From a virus (Duplodnaviria; Heunggongvirae; Uroviricota; Caudoviricetes): a stretch of 27,914 nt of DNA. The notes under the pieces were generated by a model. That model was not told the DNA's origin, made no database searches, and worked only from the letters and a program-made list of their open reading frames with translations. The position numbers and the translations under genes are program-made. This document shows, in pieces, positions 17,467-26,004 of the stretch (positions are counted from its first letter, which is position 1; each line of letters begins with the position of its first letter). Location of the stretch: the IMG/VR virus record IMGVR_UViG_2913118216_000009. One strand, written 5' to 3'.

Positions 17467-19242
17467 ATGGCTAAATACTCTGAAGAATTAAAAGGCGTTG
17501 TTCGCGCACTTTATCTGCGCCGCTATACGCCAAAGGAAATCGCATCTGAATTAAATCTGCCGAATGCGCGGATCGTTTACTACTGGGCGGAGAAATACAG
17601 CTGGGCGGATTTGCTCAGTTTTGAAAGCACAGAGGAAGCAATTGAACGCCGTTACCAGCTGCTGGCCAGCCGCGATAACAAAACCGATCTCGACCTGAAA
17701 GAAATGGACATGCTCATTGCTCATGCCACGAAACTGCGTGCGCAGAGTAATAAACACAAAGAGAAAATGGCCAGCGGTCAGAGTTCCGGGCAAGCAGCTG
17801 CGCGGGACAACAATGACAACGAACCACGCAGCAAACGGAAATACAAGAAAAACGATATTACGTCGCTGACGCAGGAGGACTTTGACGCATGGGCTGAAGA
17901 ACATCTTTTTGAATATCAGAAACACCTGCGCAATAACATTGGCCAGCTTGTCAGGAACATCCTGAAAAGCCGCCAGATCGGTGCGACCTGGTATTTTGCG
18001 TTTGAAGCGTTTGAAAACGCGGTGATGACCGGCGATCCGCAAATCTTTCTGTCAGCGTCAAAGGCACAGGCTGAAGTGTTCCGGTCTTACATCGTGAATA
18101 TTGCAGAGCAGTATTTCGGTATTACGCTAACCGGCAACCCGATCCGCTTAAGCAACGGCGCAGAACTGCGTTTTCTCTCCACCAACAAAAACACTGCCCA
18201 GTCCTACAGTGGCCACCTGTACTGTGACGAATATTTCTGGGTGCCAAACTTTGCAAAACTTAACGAAGTGGCCAGCGCAATGGCCACACATGACAAGTGG
18301 CGCACCACCTATTTTTCAACGCCATCGGCAAAAACGCACCAGGCTTACCCGTTCTGGACGGGCGATGAGTGGAAACAGGGCAGTAAAAAACGTGCGGCCA
18401 TTAAGTTTCCGTCCTTTAACGAAATGCGTGACGGCGGGCGACTCTGCCCGGATGGGCAATGGCGCTACGTCATTACGATGGGAGATGCCATTGCGGGCGG
18501 TTTCAACCTGGCGAACATCGAGAAACTTCGCAACCGCTACAACGACGCCACTTTTAACATGCTCTATATGTGCGTGTTCGTTGACAGCAAAGATTCCGTT
18601 TTCAGCTTTTCCGATCTGGAAGCCTGCGGTGTTGAAATCGACACCTGGCAGGATCACAACCCTGATGCAGCGCGGCCATTTGGTGACAGGCCGGTATGGG
18701 GTGGCTTTGACCCGGCTCGCAGCGGTGATTTGTCCTGTTTTGTCATCATCGCACCGCCGATACTCGCCGTGGAGAAATTCCGCGTTCTGAAGGTGATTTA
18801 CTGGAAAGGCATGAACTTCCGGTACCAGGCAAAACAGATCGAGCAATTGTTTAAAAAATACAACTTCACTTATCTGGGTGTGGACGTTACCGGCATTGGC
18901 CAGGGTGTTTTTGACAACATTCAGCATTTTGCCATGCGCGTGGCCGTCCCTATTCGTTACGACCTTAACACCAAAAATCAACTGGTGCTGAAAGCGGTGG
19001 ACGTGGTGGAAAGCCAACGTATTGAGTGGGATAAAAACCTGAAAGAGATCGCTGCCAGCTTTATGTCTGTGCGCCGAACCACCACACAAAGCGGCAACGC
19101 CATGACGTTTGTCGCTGACCGCAGCCAGGATACTGGCCACGCGGAGGCGTTCTGGGCGATTACCCACGGTCTGCATAACGAACCCCTTAACTATGAAAAC
19201 AAACCTAAATCCCGCTGGGGTGTAAGGAAAGAGGCTGCATGA
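17467..19242 (+). CDS. Terminase large (ATPase) subunit, P2 gpP-like
   Basis: 591-aa ORF, size of P2 gpP; directly followed by the portal gene with an ATGA overlap; divergent from the O-N-M-L operon as in P2. Confidence 0.8.
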   Translation: MAKYSEELKGVVRALYLRRYTPKEIASELNLPNARIVYYWAEKYSWADLLSFESTEEAIERRYQLLASRDNKTDLDLKEMDMLIAHATKLRAQSNKHKEKMASGQSSGQAAARDNNDNEPRSKRKYKKNDITSLTQEDFDAWAEEHLFEYQKHLRNNIGQLVRNILKSRQIGATWYFAFEAFENAVMTGDPQIFLSASKAQAEVFRSYIVNIAEQYFGITLTGNPIRLSNGAELRFLSTNKNTAQSYSGHLYCDEYFWVPNFAKLNEVASAMATHDKWRTTYFSTPSAKTHQAYPFWTGDEWKQGSKKRAAIKFPSFNEMRDGGRLCPDGQWRYVITMGDAIAGGFNLANIEKLRNRYNDATFNMLYMCVFVDSKDSVFSFSDLEACGVEIDTWQDHNPDAARPFGDRPVWGGFDPARSGDLSCFVIIAPPILAVEKFRVLKVIYWKGMNFRYQAKQIEQLFKKYNFTYLGVDVTGIGQGVFDNIQHFAMRVAVPIRYDLNTKNQLVLKAVDVVESQRIEWDKNLKEIAASFMSVRRTTTQSGNAMTFVADRSQDTGHAEAFWAITHGLHNEPLNYENKPKSRWGVRKEAA

Positions 19243-20300
19243 GTAAAAAGAAACGCTTTGTTAAGCGCGACCAGCGCGGCGACAAATCAAAAAAGATGAG
19301 CATTATCACATTCGGCAAACCTGAACCGGTTCTGACTACCGGCACAGATTACCGTGATATCTGGTACGACAATGCCGCCGATCACTTCACCCAGCCGATT
19401 GACCGGCTGGCACTCGCACAGCTGATTAATCTTAACGGTCAGCACGGCGGCATCATTCACGCCCGCAAAAACATGATTGTTTCAGATTACTTGGGTGGCG
19501 GACTTATTCACGACCAGCTGGAAGCGGCAGCGTATGACTATATAACCTTTGGGGATATTGCGATTGCCAAAATTCGTAACGGCTGGGGAGACGTGATCGC
19601 ACTTGAACCCTTACCCGGTCTGTATATACGCCGCCGCAAAGTCAGAGATAACGCCCTGGATAAGCCCGGTGACTACGTAGTGTTACAGGAAGGGGAACCG
19701 CAGATATGGCCAGAAGAAGATATTATCTTTATCAAAATGTATGACCCGCAACAGCATATCTACGGACTGCCGGACTACATCGGCGGTGTGCATTCCGCGT
19801 TACTTAACAGTGAAGCGGTCATTTTCCGACGCCGCTACTACCACAACGGTGCACACACAGGCGGAATTCTTTATACCCGCGATCCCAGCATGACGGACGA
19901 AATGGAGGAAGAAATTGAACAGCAGCTGCGTGACAGCAAAGGGATCGGGAACTTCTCCACCATCCTTGTAAACATTCCCGGCGGAGACGGCGACGCCATC
20001 AAGTTCATTGAAATGGGTGATATTTCTGCTAAGGATGAATTTGCCAACATCAAGAACATCAGCGCACAGGACATTCTGAACGCGCACCGTTTCCCTGCCG
20101 GCCTCGCCGGTATTGTCCCGCAGAATACTGCCGGACTGGGGGATGTTGAAAAGGCTGAACGCATTTATAAGAAAAGCGAAATTGCGCCCATCCAGCGCCG
20201 TTTCATGCTGGCCGTTAACAACGATCCCGAAATACCGGAAAGGTTGCACCTAAACTTTGATTTAAGTTACATAGAATCAATAGATAAAGGTGCGGCATGA
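19239..20300 (+). CDS. Portal protein, P2 gpQ-like
   Basis: 353-aa ORF coupled to the terminase large subunit gene; size and order as in P2. Confidence 0.8.
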   Translation: MSKKKRFVKRDQRGDKSKKMSIITFGKPEPVLTTGTDYRDIWYDNAADHFTQPIDRLALAQLINLNGQHGGIIHARKNMIVSDYLGGGLIHDQLEAAAYDYITFGDIAIAKIRNGWGDVIALEPLPGLYIRRRKVRDNALDKPGDYVVLQEGEPQIWPEEDIIFIKMYDPQQHIYGLPDYIGGVHSALLNSEAVIFRRRYYHNGAHTGGILYTRDPSMTDEMEEEIEQQLRDSKGIGNFSTILVNIPGGDGDAIKFIEMGDISAKDEFANIKNISAQDILNAHRFPAGLAGIVPQNTAGLGDVEKAERIYKKSEIAPIQRRFMLAVNNDPEIPERLHLNFDLSYIESIDKGAA

Positions 20301-20620
20301 TGCGAAACTGGCTAAAATCCATGCTTCATTTAACAGCTGGAGCATGGAATATGCGAGTTCTGAAAATCGAATGCCCGGAATGCGGCTCAAAGGCTGTTAT
20401 TCGTAAAACGAACAGGAAGCATCGGCAAATTGCAGATATTTACTGCGCCTGTTCAGATGTTGAATGTGGCCACACATTTGTTATGAATCTGACATTTTCC
20501 CACACTCTCAGCCCCAGCGCTAAAACGGGTGATGCGGTGGTGCAAAAAATACTGAGTGCACTTTCTCCCGCTCAGCGCCAGGTAGCATTAGATTTACTGA
20601 AAGTGACTCCCGCTGCCTAA
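20297..20620 (+). CDS. Ogr/Delta-family zinc-finger late transcription activator (start may be the internal Met near 20351)
   Basis: CPECGSKAVIRKTNRKHRQIADIYCACSDVECGHTF has the same cysteine spacing and Y..C....C..TF pattern as P2 Ogr as I recall it. Confidence 0.65.
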   Translation: MMRNWLKSMLHLTAGAWNMRVLKIECPECGSKAVIRKTNRKHRQIADIYCACSDVECGHTFVMNLTFSHTLSPSAKTGDAVVQKILSALSPAQRQVALDLLKVTPAA

Positions 20621-20800
20621 AAAGCCCCCAGAATGAGGGCTTTTCCCTTCCTTTCTAACCATTTTGTGAACCTCTTCCGCAAGTTCTCCAATCCAGGCCA
20701 AAGCGATTGTTTTTTCTCTCTGGTTACTTTCGTAATCATGGGCAATTTTAGCTAATAACTCAATGCGTTCCAGCTGTGCCGACGCCTCCAAAAGATCCAT
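20594..20800 (-). CDS. Small hypothetical protein downstream of gene A, possibly SOS-regulated (antirepressor-like role is speculative)
   Basis: 68-aa ORF with a GGGGG Shine-Dalgarno before the ATG; preceded by a LexA-box-like palindrome; its 3' end runs through the terminator hairpin, so the true extent is uncertain. Confidence 0.3.
   Translation of the reverse strand: MDLLEASAQLERIELLAKIAHDYESNQREKTIALAWIGELAEEVHKMVRKEGKSPHSGGFLGSGSHFQ
20621..20650. terminator. Rho-independent terminator (possibly bidirectional)
   Basis: Stem AAAGCCC / GGGCTTT with a 9-nt loop directly after the stop codon of the Ogr-like gene, followed by a T-rich tract; the complementary strand also ends in a T-run. Confidence 0.5.
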
Positions 20801-20822
20801 TTAGCCCCCACAAGCAATAGTG

Positions 20823-20840
20823 ACTGGATAAGTATCCAGT
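20823..20840. promoter_or_regulatory. LexA-box-like palindrome (CTG-N10-CAG)
   Basis: ACTGGATAAGTATCCAGT: 8-bp inverted arms with an AT-rich centre, overlapping a TATACT -10-like hexamer on the minus strand about 25 bp upstream of the small ORF. Confidence 0.35.
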
Positions 20841-20925
20841 ATACCGTACACCGTAAAGCACGAATAGTGAAATTTAATTTCCTTCCATCTACTGAGAAAT
20901 GCATGCATTTCACATATTTACCCTG

Positions 20926-22947
20926 CTAGACCCACCCCGGCCATAACTCGTTTAATGGCTCGTTTTGAATCTCTTTAAGCCACCCATTACGGTAAACCAG
21001 TCCCCCTTGGCCAAACATCAAACCACTACCCCGTAGGAGAATGGCTATTTCTTCATTAGAACCGTTAAAACCCCGACTGCATAATTCCAGTTTTAACCGT
21101 CTGAGGATTCCCCCCTCCGTACAGTTATTGACAGAACTCCAAGGGGCGGCGTTGCCGCCAGAAACCCCCGCCTCCGCTGGCGCTTCGGCCAACTTCGCAA
21201 CCTTTTGCCACTTAACCAGACGGGTGCAAACTTCCGAATCAGGAACCAAAGGAGAATAAACCCCCTGTACGCGCTGCACGTCCTCTGCGTACTCGTTGCC
21301 CTGTTCCGTAATTTCATAGGCCAGACGAACAACCAGATCACGGCGGGCAATCAGTGCGCCACCCTGTGCTTGGGTGTATGCAGCCCAATCGCCAACATCA
21401 GCAGCGGCCAGAACCGCATCCATTCTGCGATCTGTCAGCACCAGATCCCGCAACCGACGCAGCTCACGCCAGACGGTTACCGGCGCACCACCAATCTGCT
21501 GAAACTGACGAATGCGCCAGCGTGAAGCCCATGCAGAAACGGACTTAGCCATATCACGCAGGTTTTCGCCGGTTTCTTCGTCCTGCTCACCATCCAACGC
21601 AAAACCATCAATATTTTTTGAAATGTATTTCGCGATGTAGCCCGTGGCTGAACCTTTGTCGGGATCGATAGCTTCAACGTGAAAACGTGCCTTAAGCGCC
21701 TTTTCAGATTGCAGTTCCTCAGAATCGGTAATTCTGGCGTGATAGCAAAGAATATCGCGTACCGTGTCCACGTCCTGCAGACGCATAAAAAGCAACATAT
21801 GCCAGTGCGGTGTCCCGTCATGGTGTGGCTCAACAACCCGAAACCCAAATACATGAATACCCGCACGCGAGATCGCTGCGCGTGCTTTTGCCCATACGCC
21901 GCATAAATAGCGCTGGGTATCCTGCGGTGTACATCCATCCCATTGCGATACAAAGCCACCTTTGCTGTGCACTGCGTGGAAACGTGATGGCGCGGTGATG
22001 GTGTAAAACTCACCGGCCAGCCCTTCTTCATTGGCCATATCTTCAAACCCTCGCATTCTTACCATTAGTTCACATCGACGGATCGCCGGATTTGCAACGC
22101 TGCGGTGCACCATGCTGTCCAGTGCAATGCGCAGCCCCTCATCATTCAGCAGATCAAACTTTTTAAAGAACTCCAGATTCCGCTTTTTCTGGTCTATCCA
22201 TTCGTCCAGTGTTTTGCGGGATACATAAGCGCTGGCCGCTTTTTGTACCTGTCCCACCGCGATGGCCATATGTTCGCGCTGCATATCACGCGCACGTTTA
22301 AGACGTAGGTACCACCATTCCGGCGCCATCATGCGCAGTATCCCGGATTCCGCCTTACGCATTTCCAGTTGACCTTCATTGGCCTCATGTTCAGCCCAGT
22401 ACGGCGGCTGGTTATTCAGCATCAGGCAACCCGCGCAAAGATGGCGGTATGATTCCAAGGTGCGGCGATGCAGCTCTCTGGCGTCGTCAGTGCCGGAGTC
22501 AAACTGTTCGGTGAAGTCATAAAGTGACTGGGAAATCCAACCAGATACCTGGCCAGCCAGTTTTTTAAGATCAGGACGGTCTAGTGACGGCAAGCGCTCC
22601 AGCGACTTACCAAAAGGAAGATCGGCAGCGTCAGCGGCCAGCGAGTAACGCGCAGCCACTTTGCGCAGACGTGGCAATACACTCCCGCCGATAGTCTGGC
22701 GCAGGAATGTATTGGCACAGCGACGCCCGTCACGACCAGCAAACAGCTTTTCGTAACGACGGCCAAAATACCCGGCTAACCAGTCGGGTATCTCATGAAG
22801 GTACCGGGCTCTCCATTCATAATCCTGCGGATTTACAGCCCACAAACGGCGTTCTGTGATTGTCGCGTCTGCCGGTATGCAAGATGCGAAAGTTTCACGC
22901 CGCCACGTATCGACAGCATAGAAGTGTTCCTTTATAGCCAACATCAT
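20926..22947 (-). CDS. Replication initiation endonuclease, P2/186 gpA family (rolling-circle initiator)
   Basis: 673-aa ORF; contains ...HVEAIDPDKGSATGYIAKYISKNIDG... resembling the active-site tyrosine region of GPA-type proteins; last large gene of the early operon. Confidence 0.8.
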   Translation of the reverse strand: MMLAIKEHFYAVDTWRRETFASCIPADATITERRLWAVNPQDYEWRARYLHEIPDWLAGYFGRRYEKLFAGRDGRRCANTFLRQTIGGSVLPRLRKVAARYSLAADAADLPFGKSLERLPSLDRPDLKKLAGQVSGWISQSLYDFTEQFDSGTDDARELHRRTLESYRHLCAGCLMLNNQPPYWAEHEANEGQLEMRKAESGILRMMAPEWWYLRLKRARDMQREHMAIAVGQVQKAASAYVSRKTLDEWIDQKKRNLEFFKKFDLLNDEGLRIALDSMVHRSVANPAIRRCELMVRMRGFEDMANEEGLAGEFYTITAPSRFHAVHSKGGFVSQWDGCTPQDTQRYLCGVWAKARAAISRAGIHVFGFRVVEPHHDGTPHWHMLLFMRLQDVDTVRDILCYHARITDSEELQSEKALKARFHVEAIDPDKGSATGYIAKYISKNIDGFALDGEQDEETGENLRDMAKSVSAWASRWRIRQFQQIGGAPVTVWRELRRLRDLVLTDRRMDAVLAAADVGDWAAYTQAQGGALIARRDLVVRLAYEITEQGNEYAEDVQRVQGVYSPLVPDSEVCTRLVKWQKVAKLAEAPAEAGVSGGNAAPWSSVNNCTEGGILRRLKLELCSRGFNGSNEEIAILLRGSGLMFGQGGLVYRNGWLKEIQNEPLNELWPGWV

Positions 22948-22993
22948 ATGCTGGCCTCAAGAAGCGATGGCGAAGGACATTTTAGTGGTGTTT

Positions 22994-23278
22994 TTATTGC
23001 CATGCCGCACCGCCTTTGCTGCAAATAGCCTCGGCCTCTTCTCGGATCAACTCAACGATTTCCGCTGCGCTTAAACCTTCATTTGCTGCATGAGTGGCCA
23101 GCTTATCCAGGCGGATGGAACACAGGTCAGCAACTGCGGCTTTACCTTCCTGCGTGGCTTTAGCAAGCATGTCCAGTAGATCAGTACCAAGCTTTGTTGC
23201 GGGTAAATCCTGATGTGTCATATACATTTTGGGTTCCCTTAAGGCAAAAGAATCCCCGGCCACTTGAACTGTGACCAA
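22994..23278 (-). CDS. Early-operon hypothetical protein (probable start at internal Met near 23227)
   Basis: ORF immediately upstream of gene A on the same strand; acidic, helical-looking; no recognisable motif. Confidence 0.4.
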   Translation of the reverse strand: MVTVQVAGDSFALREPKMYMTHQDLPATKLGTDLLDMLAKATQEGKAAVADLCSIRLDKLATHAANEGLSAAEIVELIREEAEAICSKGGAAWQ

Positions 23279-23294
23279 AAATTCAGACAGTTAA

Positions 23295-23696
23295 TTAGTG
23301 AAAATGGGTTAGTACTGTGGCGGCTGAATAGTTCGGTGCCGGAATCAGATGCAGCTCATAGGTTGTCTGCCACCACTCCTGGATTATTGATTTTATCTCG
23401 CCAACACCCAGCGCCCCGGCTGTATAGAAAATCGCGCGAATCCCTGCCAGCGCTTCGATCTGCGCATCTTTGCTCTGTGCTTCGCGGTACACGCAGCACC
23501 AGAAAGCGGCATTAATAGCTAACCAGTGGCGCAGATTCATCATGTGTTCGGCGTCATTGAAAAAGAAAGGATGCAAAGCGATGCGACCATTTTCACTGGT
23601 GTTTTTCGCTGCAAACGATACAACATAGATATGAGGGACGCCCCATACAGCGAGTTCTTCCCGCAACGATTTACCCTCAACGGAAATAATGGTCAT
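23295..23696 (-). CDS. Early-operon hypothetical protein
   Basis: 133-aa ORF packed between neighbouring early genes on the same strand. Confidence 0.45.
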   Translation of the reverse strand: MTIISVEGKSLREELAVWGVPHIYVVSFAAKNTSENGRIALHPFFFNDAEHMMNLRHWLAINAAFWCCVYREAQSKDAQIEALAGIRAIFYTAGALGVGEIKSIIQEWWQTTYELHLIPAPNYSAATVLTHFH

Positions 23697-23707
23697 TAGT
23701 GATTCCT

Positions 23708-24124
23708 CTATTGCTGGAACTTATGGACGATATGAGGCGCGATCACCATCTGCACCCCACTATTACTACAAATTGGATGTGCTTTTTTTATTGGCCGATT
23801 CGCGGTACGTTTCGAAAAATCGCTGTCACGTAAACTGCCAAAACCGTCAAATGTTAATCGCGCCCGTGATATCCCCTGACGCAGTTGAATCATGTACCGA
23901 TAGCCCAGGCGTTCATAAATCTCCCGCCAGCAGCATTTGCATAAATGAGCTTTAAATACTCTGGAACCTGAAGTAATCGCAGCAGCATGAAGAACCACAC
24001 CGCGCCATTCTGGTGTTAAGTCGTCCCACCATTCAGCGGCCTTACTGCTTTCGCTGAAATATTTACGGCGGATCTGTTTTAATTGCTCAAGTCCACGCTT
24101 TTGCTGTTCCTGACTAATCGCCAT
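23708..24124 (-). CDS. Early-operon hypothetical protein
   Basis: 138-aa ORF, same strand, 12-nt spacing from the next gene; Cys/His-containing segment HLCKCCW. Confidence 0.45.
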   Translation of the reverse strand: MAISQEQQKRGLEQLKQIRRKYFSESSKAAEWWDDLTPEWRGVVLHAAAITSGSRVFKAHLCKCCWREIYERLGYRYMIQLRQGISRARLTFDGFGSLRDSDFSKRTANRPIKKAHPICSNSGVQMVIAPHIVHKFQQ

Positions 24125-24153
24125 AGCGCCCTCTTCCCACCGTGCTGTGATAG

Positions 24154-24336
24154 TTAACGATCAAAGTTGAAAGACAGACGACGGACAAGACGTGGCGCGC
24201 GACAAAACGGAACGTCCAAACAAGAGTGATTGTGAAACCACACGCGCCCGCGTTCATCTCCCTGGCGGCTACTTTCTAGATGGCGCTTTATGGTGAAATA
24301 CACTATCGTGCCGCTGGTTTTTTTAGGCTTGCGCAT
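24154..24336 (-). CDS. Small early protein (60 aa) of unknown function
   Basis: Internal ATG of the 101-aa track ORF preceded by a strong Shine-Dalgarno (AAAGGGGAATAAT-ATG); the upstream part of the track ORF overlaps another small ORF in a different frame. Confidence 0.35.
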   Translation of the reverse strand: MRKPKKTSGTIVYFTIKRHLESSRQGDERGRVWFHNHSCLDVPFCRAPRLVRRLSFNFDR

Positions 24337-24353
24337 ATTATTCCCCTTTAGAT

Positions 24354-24527
24354 TTATAACCCCATCAAACGCCACCACCACGGGCGGCGCTGTTGCTGGC
24401 CATTGAATTTGTACATGTGACCGGGGTTCCAACGCTGCCCGTTGGGCAGTTCTATCCAACCCGTTGATCCACTTGGCAACTGCATTGCTGGTGATTCATT
24501 TTTCAGGTAGGTGGCAAACGCTTTCAT
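24354..24527 (-). CDS. Small early protein (57 aa) of unknown function
   Basis: Not in the ORF track (below 60 aa); ATG preceded by a GAGAG Shine-Dalgarno a few nt after the CII-like stop; Trp-rich C-terminus (RRPWWWRLMGL). Confidence 0.3.
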   Translation of the reverse strand: MKAFATYLKNESPAMQLPSGSTGWIELPNGQRWNPGHMYKFNGQQQRRPWWWRLMGL

Positions 24528-24536
24528 AGTGCTCTC

Positions 24537-25040
24537 TCATATCAGGCCGGTGGCATTGATTGTGACCAGCGCTACCGCAGCGGCCAGGACGGGCGTAGAG
24601 TGAAAACGACTTTCCACGGTATAAGCCAGCACGGATAAGCTACGAATTGCATCGCGGGCGCGATCCAGAATTTGAGTACGACGAGCGGCAGTCATATGGC
24701 AAGTTGATACGGCTTCCCCAGCAATCGCCCCCACGCACGCAGTGGCGCTAAGAGCACACAGTTGCATGTTGCCTTCAGTGGCATTATTCACAGGCACGGA
24801 TGGCAGGCAGTTAATTTGGCTTAACATCCCATCCAGTAAACGTGCATCTTCGGTGTAATCCGTAATGGATATAAGCTCATCGCACGTTAAACGGTGCGGT
24901 TGCGCTGGATTTAGTTTGTTGCGCAGGATCTGCGGCCTTATACCAACGGCAACAGCCACATCTTCAAGATTGTGCTCAATTGCAAATGCTCGGCAAGCCG
25001 CATCAAATCGCGCATGTTTAGAGATCTGGTAATCAAACAT
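24537..25040 (-). CDS. CII-like lysogeny establishment regulator (phage 186 CII type)
   Basis: 167-aa ORF, second gene of the leftward operon diverging from the repressor gene; size and position match 186 CII. Confidence 0.55.
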   Translation of the reverse strand: MFDYQISKHARFDAACRAFAIEHNLEDVAVAVGIRPQILRNKLNPAQPHRLTCDELISITDYTEDARLLDGMLSQINCLPSVPVNNATEGNMQLCALSATACVGAIAGEAVSTCHMTAARRTQILDRARDAIRSLSVLAYTVESRFHSTPVLAAAVALVTINATGLI

Positions 25041-25070
25041 TGTTTGCCTCTCGCTAATCCGTAGGATGAA

Positions 25071-25352
25071 TTACGCGTTAAGTGAAATATCACATTCACT
25101 TAAAGCCTGAATGGTTAGCGCGGCCATGTTGACCTCAACCAGGCCTTTCTTCTGCTTACCCTTAGGTTTAATGGGCAATTTCCCGTATTCGATCAGATTT
25201 CTGGCAGTTTCTTTGTTTGTACCAGTACGACGGCAATATTCGTCTAAAGGCAGGTAAGGTTCCGGTATGATGATTGTAATGCTCGGACGCATAAGGCAAA
25301 CTCCATTAGTCAACCTGTACGGTAATACAGGGCTGTAACTGTCAATATTCAC
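25071..25352 (-). CDS. Apl/Cox-like small DNA-binding protein (excisionase / switch regulator); probable start at internal ATG near 25292
   Basis: First gene of the operon divergent from the repressor; about 73 aa from the internal Met; basic helix-turn-helix-like segment (TGTNKETARNLIEYGKL). Confidence 0.5.
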   Translation of the reverse strand: MNIDSYSPVLPYRLTNGVCLMRPSITIIIPEPYLPLDEYCRRTGTNKETARNLIEYGKLPIKPKGKQKKGLVEVNMAALTIQALSECDISLNA

Positions 25353-25411
25353 TTAAACCTACAAAGCAGAGTTTAAACTCGCTTTGAGAAAGATTTCAAG
25401 GAAAAATTTTC
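25293..25411. promoter_or_regulatory. Lysis-lysogeny switch region (divergent promoters and candidate operators)
   Basis: About 120-bp region between divergent Apl-like and CI-like genes; contains inverted repeat CCTGTAC-N5-GTACAGG-like and duplicated TTTAAAC motifs. Confidence 0.45.
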
Positions 25412-25990
25412 GTGAAGCTACAAATTGAATTTTCTCATGGCGGATCAGAAGTCTTGGACAGAGTCATCCAGGCGTATGGTTTCAACACAAAATTAGCCCT
25501 GGCCGAACATCTTGATATAGCAAGTAGCAGCCTGGCTAATCGCTACAAGAGGGATTTTTTTCCAGCAGATATCGTTGTTAGATGCATGGCTGAAACGGGA
25601 GCAACTCTGGAATGGCTTGCGACTGGGCAAGGAAGAAAGTTTAACGATGACGAATTAGACATCATGAAACTGCCGCGTAAGAAGATTGTGGACGGAAAAC
25701 TCTATGATTCCGGTTTGCTAATGCTCGATAAGGTTACTTTTTTACCTGGTAAGCCTTTACCACAGAATCCAATCTGTGTGATTGACAACGCAATGCAGTA
25801 CATTGTTGATCAACACTTTCCCGAAGTTTACGACGATGATTGGTTAGTTGAAATTGAAGGAAAAACAAGTGTGAGAACCCTTACGCGCATCCCCGTAGGC
25901 AAAGTTCGAGTGAGTGGCGTTGGGATGGCATTTGATTGCGCTATCGAAGATATAAAAATTTTAGGTCGTATTATCTTAACTATAAAATAA
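25412..25990 (+). CDS. Immunity repressor, phage 186 CI type
   Basis: 192-aa ORF (GTG start with AAGGAAAAA Shine-Dalgarno), same length as 186 CI as I recall it; transcribed towards the integrase gene and divergent from the Apl/CII operon; no LexA/S24-type cleavage motif seen. Confidence 0.6.
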   Translation: MKLQIEFSHGGSEVLDRVIQAYGFNTKLALAEHLDIASSSLANRYKRDFFPADIVVRCMAETGATLEWLATGQGRKFNDDELDIMKLPRKKIVDGKLYDSGLLMLDKVTFLPGKPLPQNPICVIDNAMQYIVDQHFPEVYDDDWLVEIEGKTSVRTLTRIPVGKVRVSGVGMAFDCAIEDIKILGRIILTIK

Positions 25991-26004
25991 TAAGGAAAAT
26001 TATA

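Noticed and set aside
18316-19176. 286-aa minus-strand ORF inside the terminase large subunit gene
   Set aside because: Fully antisense to a well-supported 591-aa gene; no ribosome-binding context; most likely a chance open frame.
21477-22046. 189-aa minus-strand ORF in another frame within the replication gene A region, plus several 60-106-aa plus-strand ORFs there
   Set aside because: Nested in or antisense to the 673-aa gene A, with odd Cys/Arg-rich translations typical of off-frame reads.
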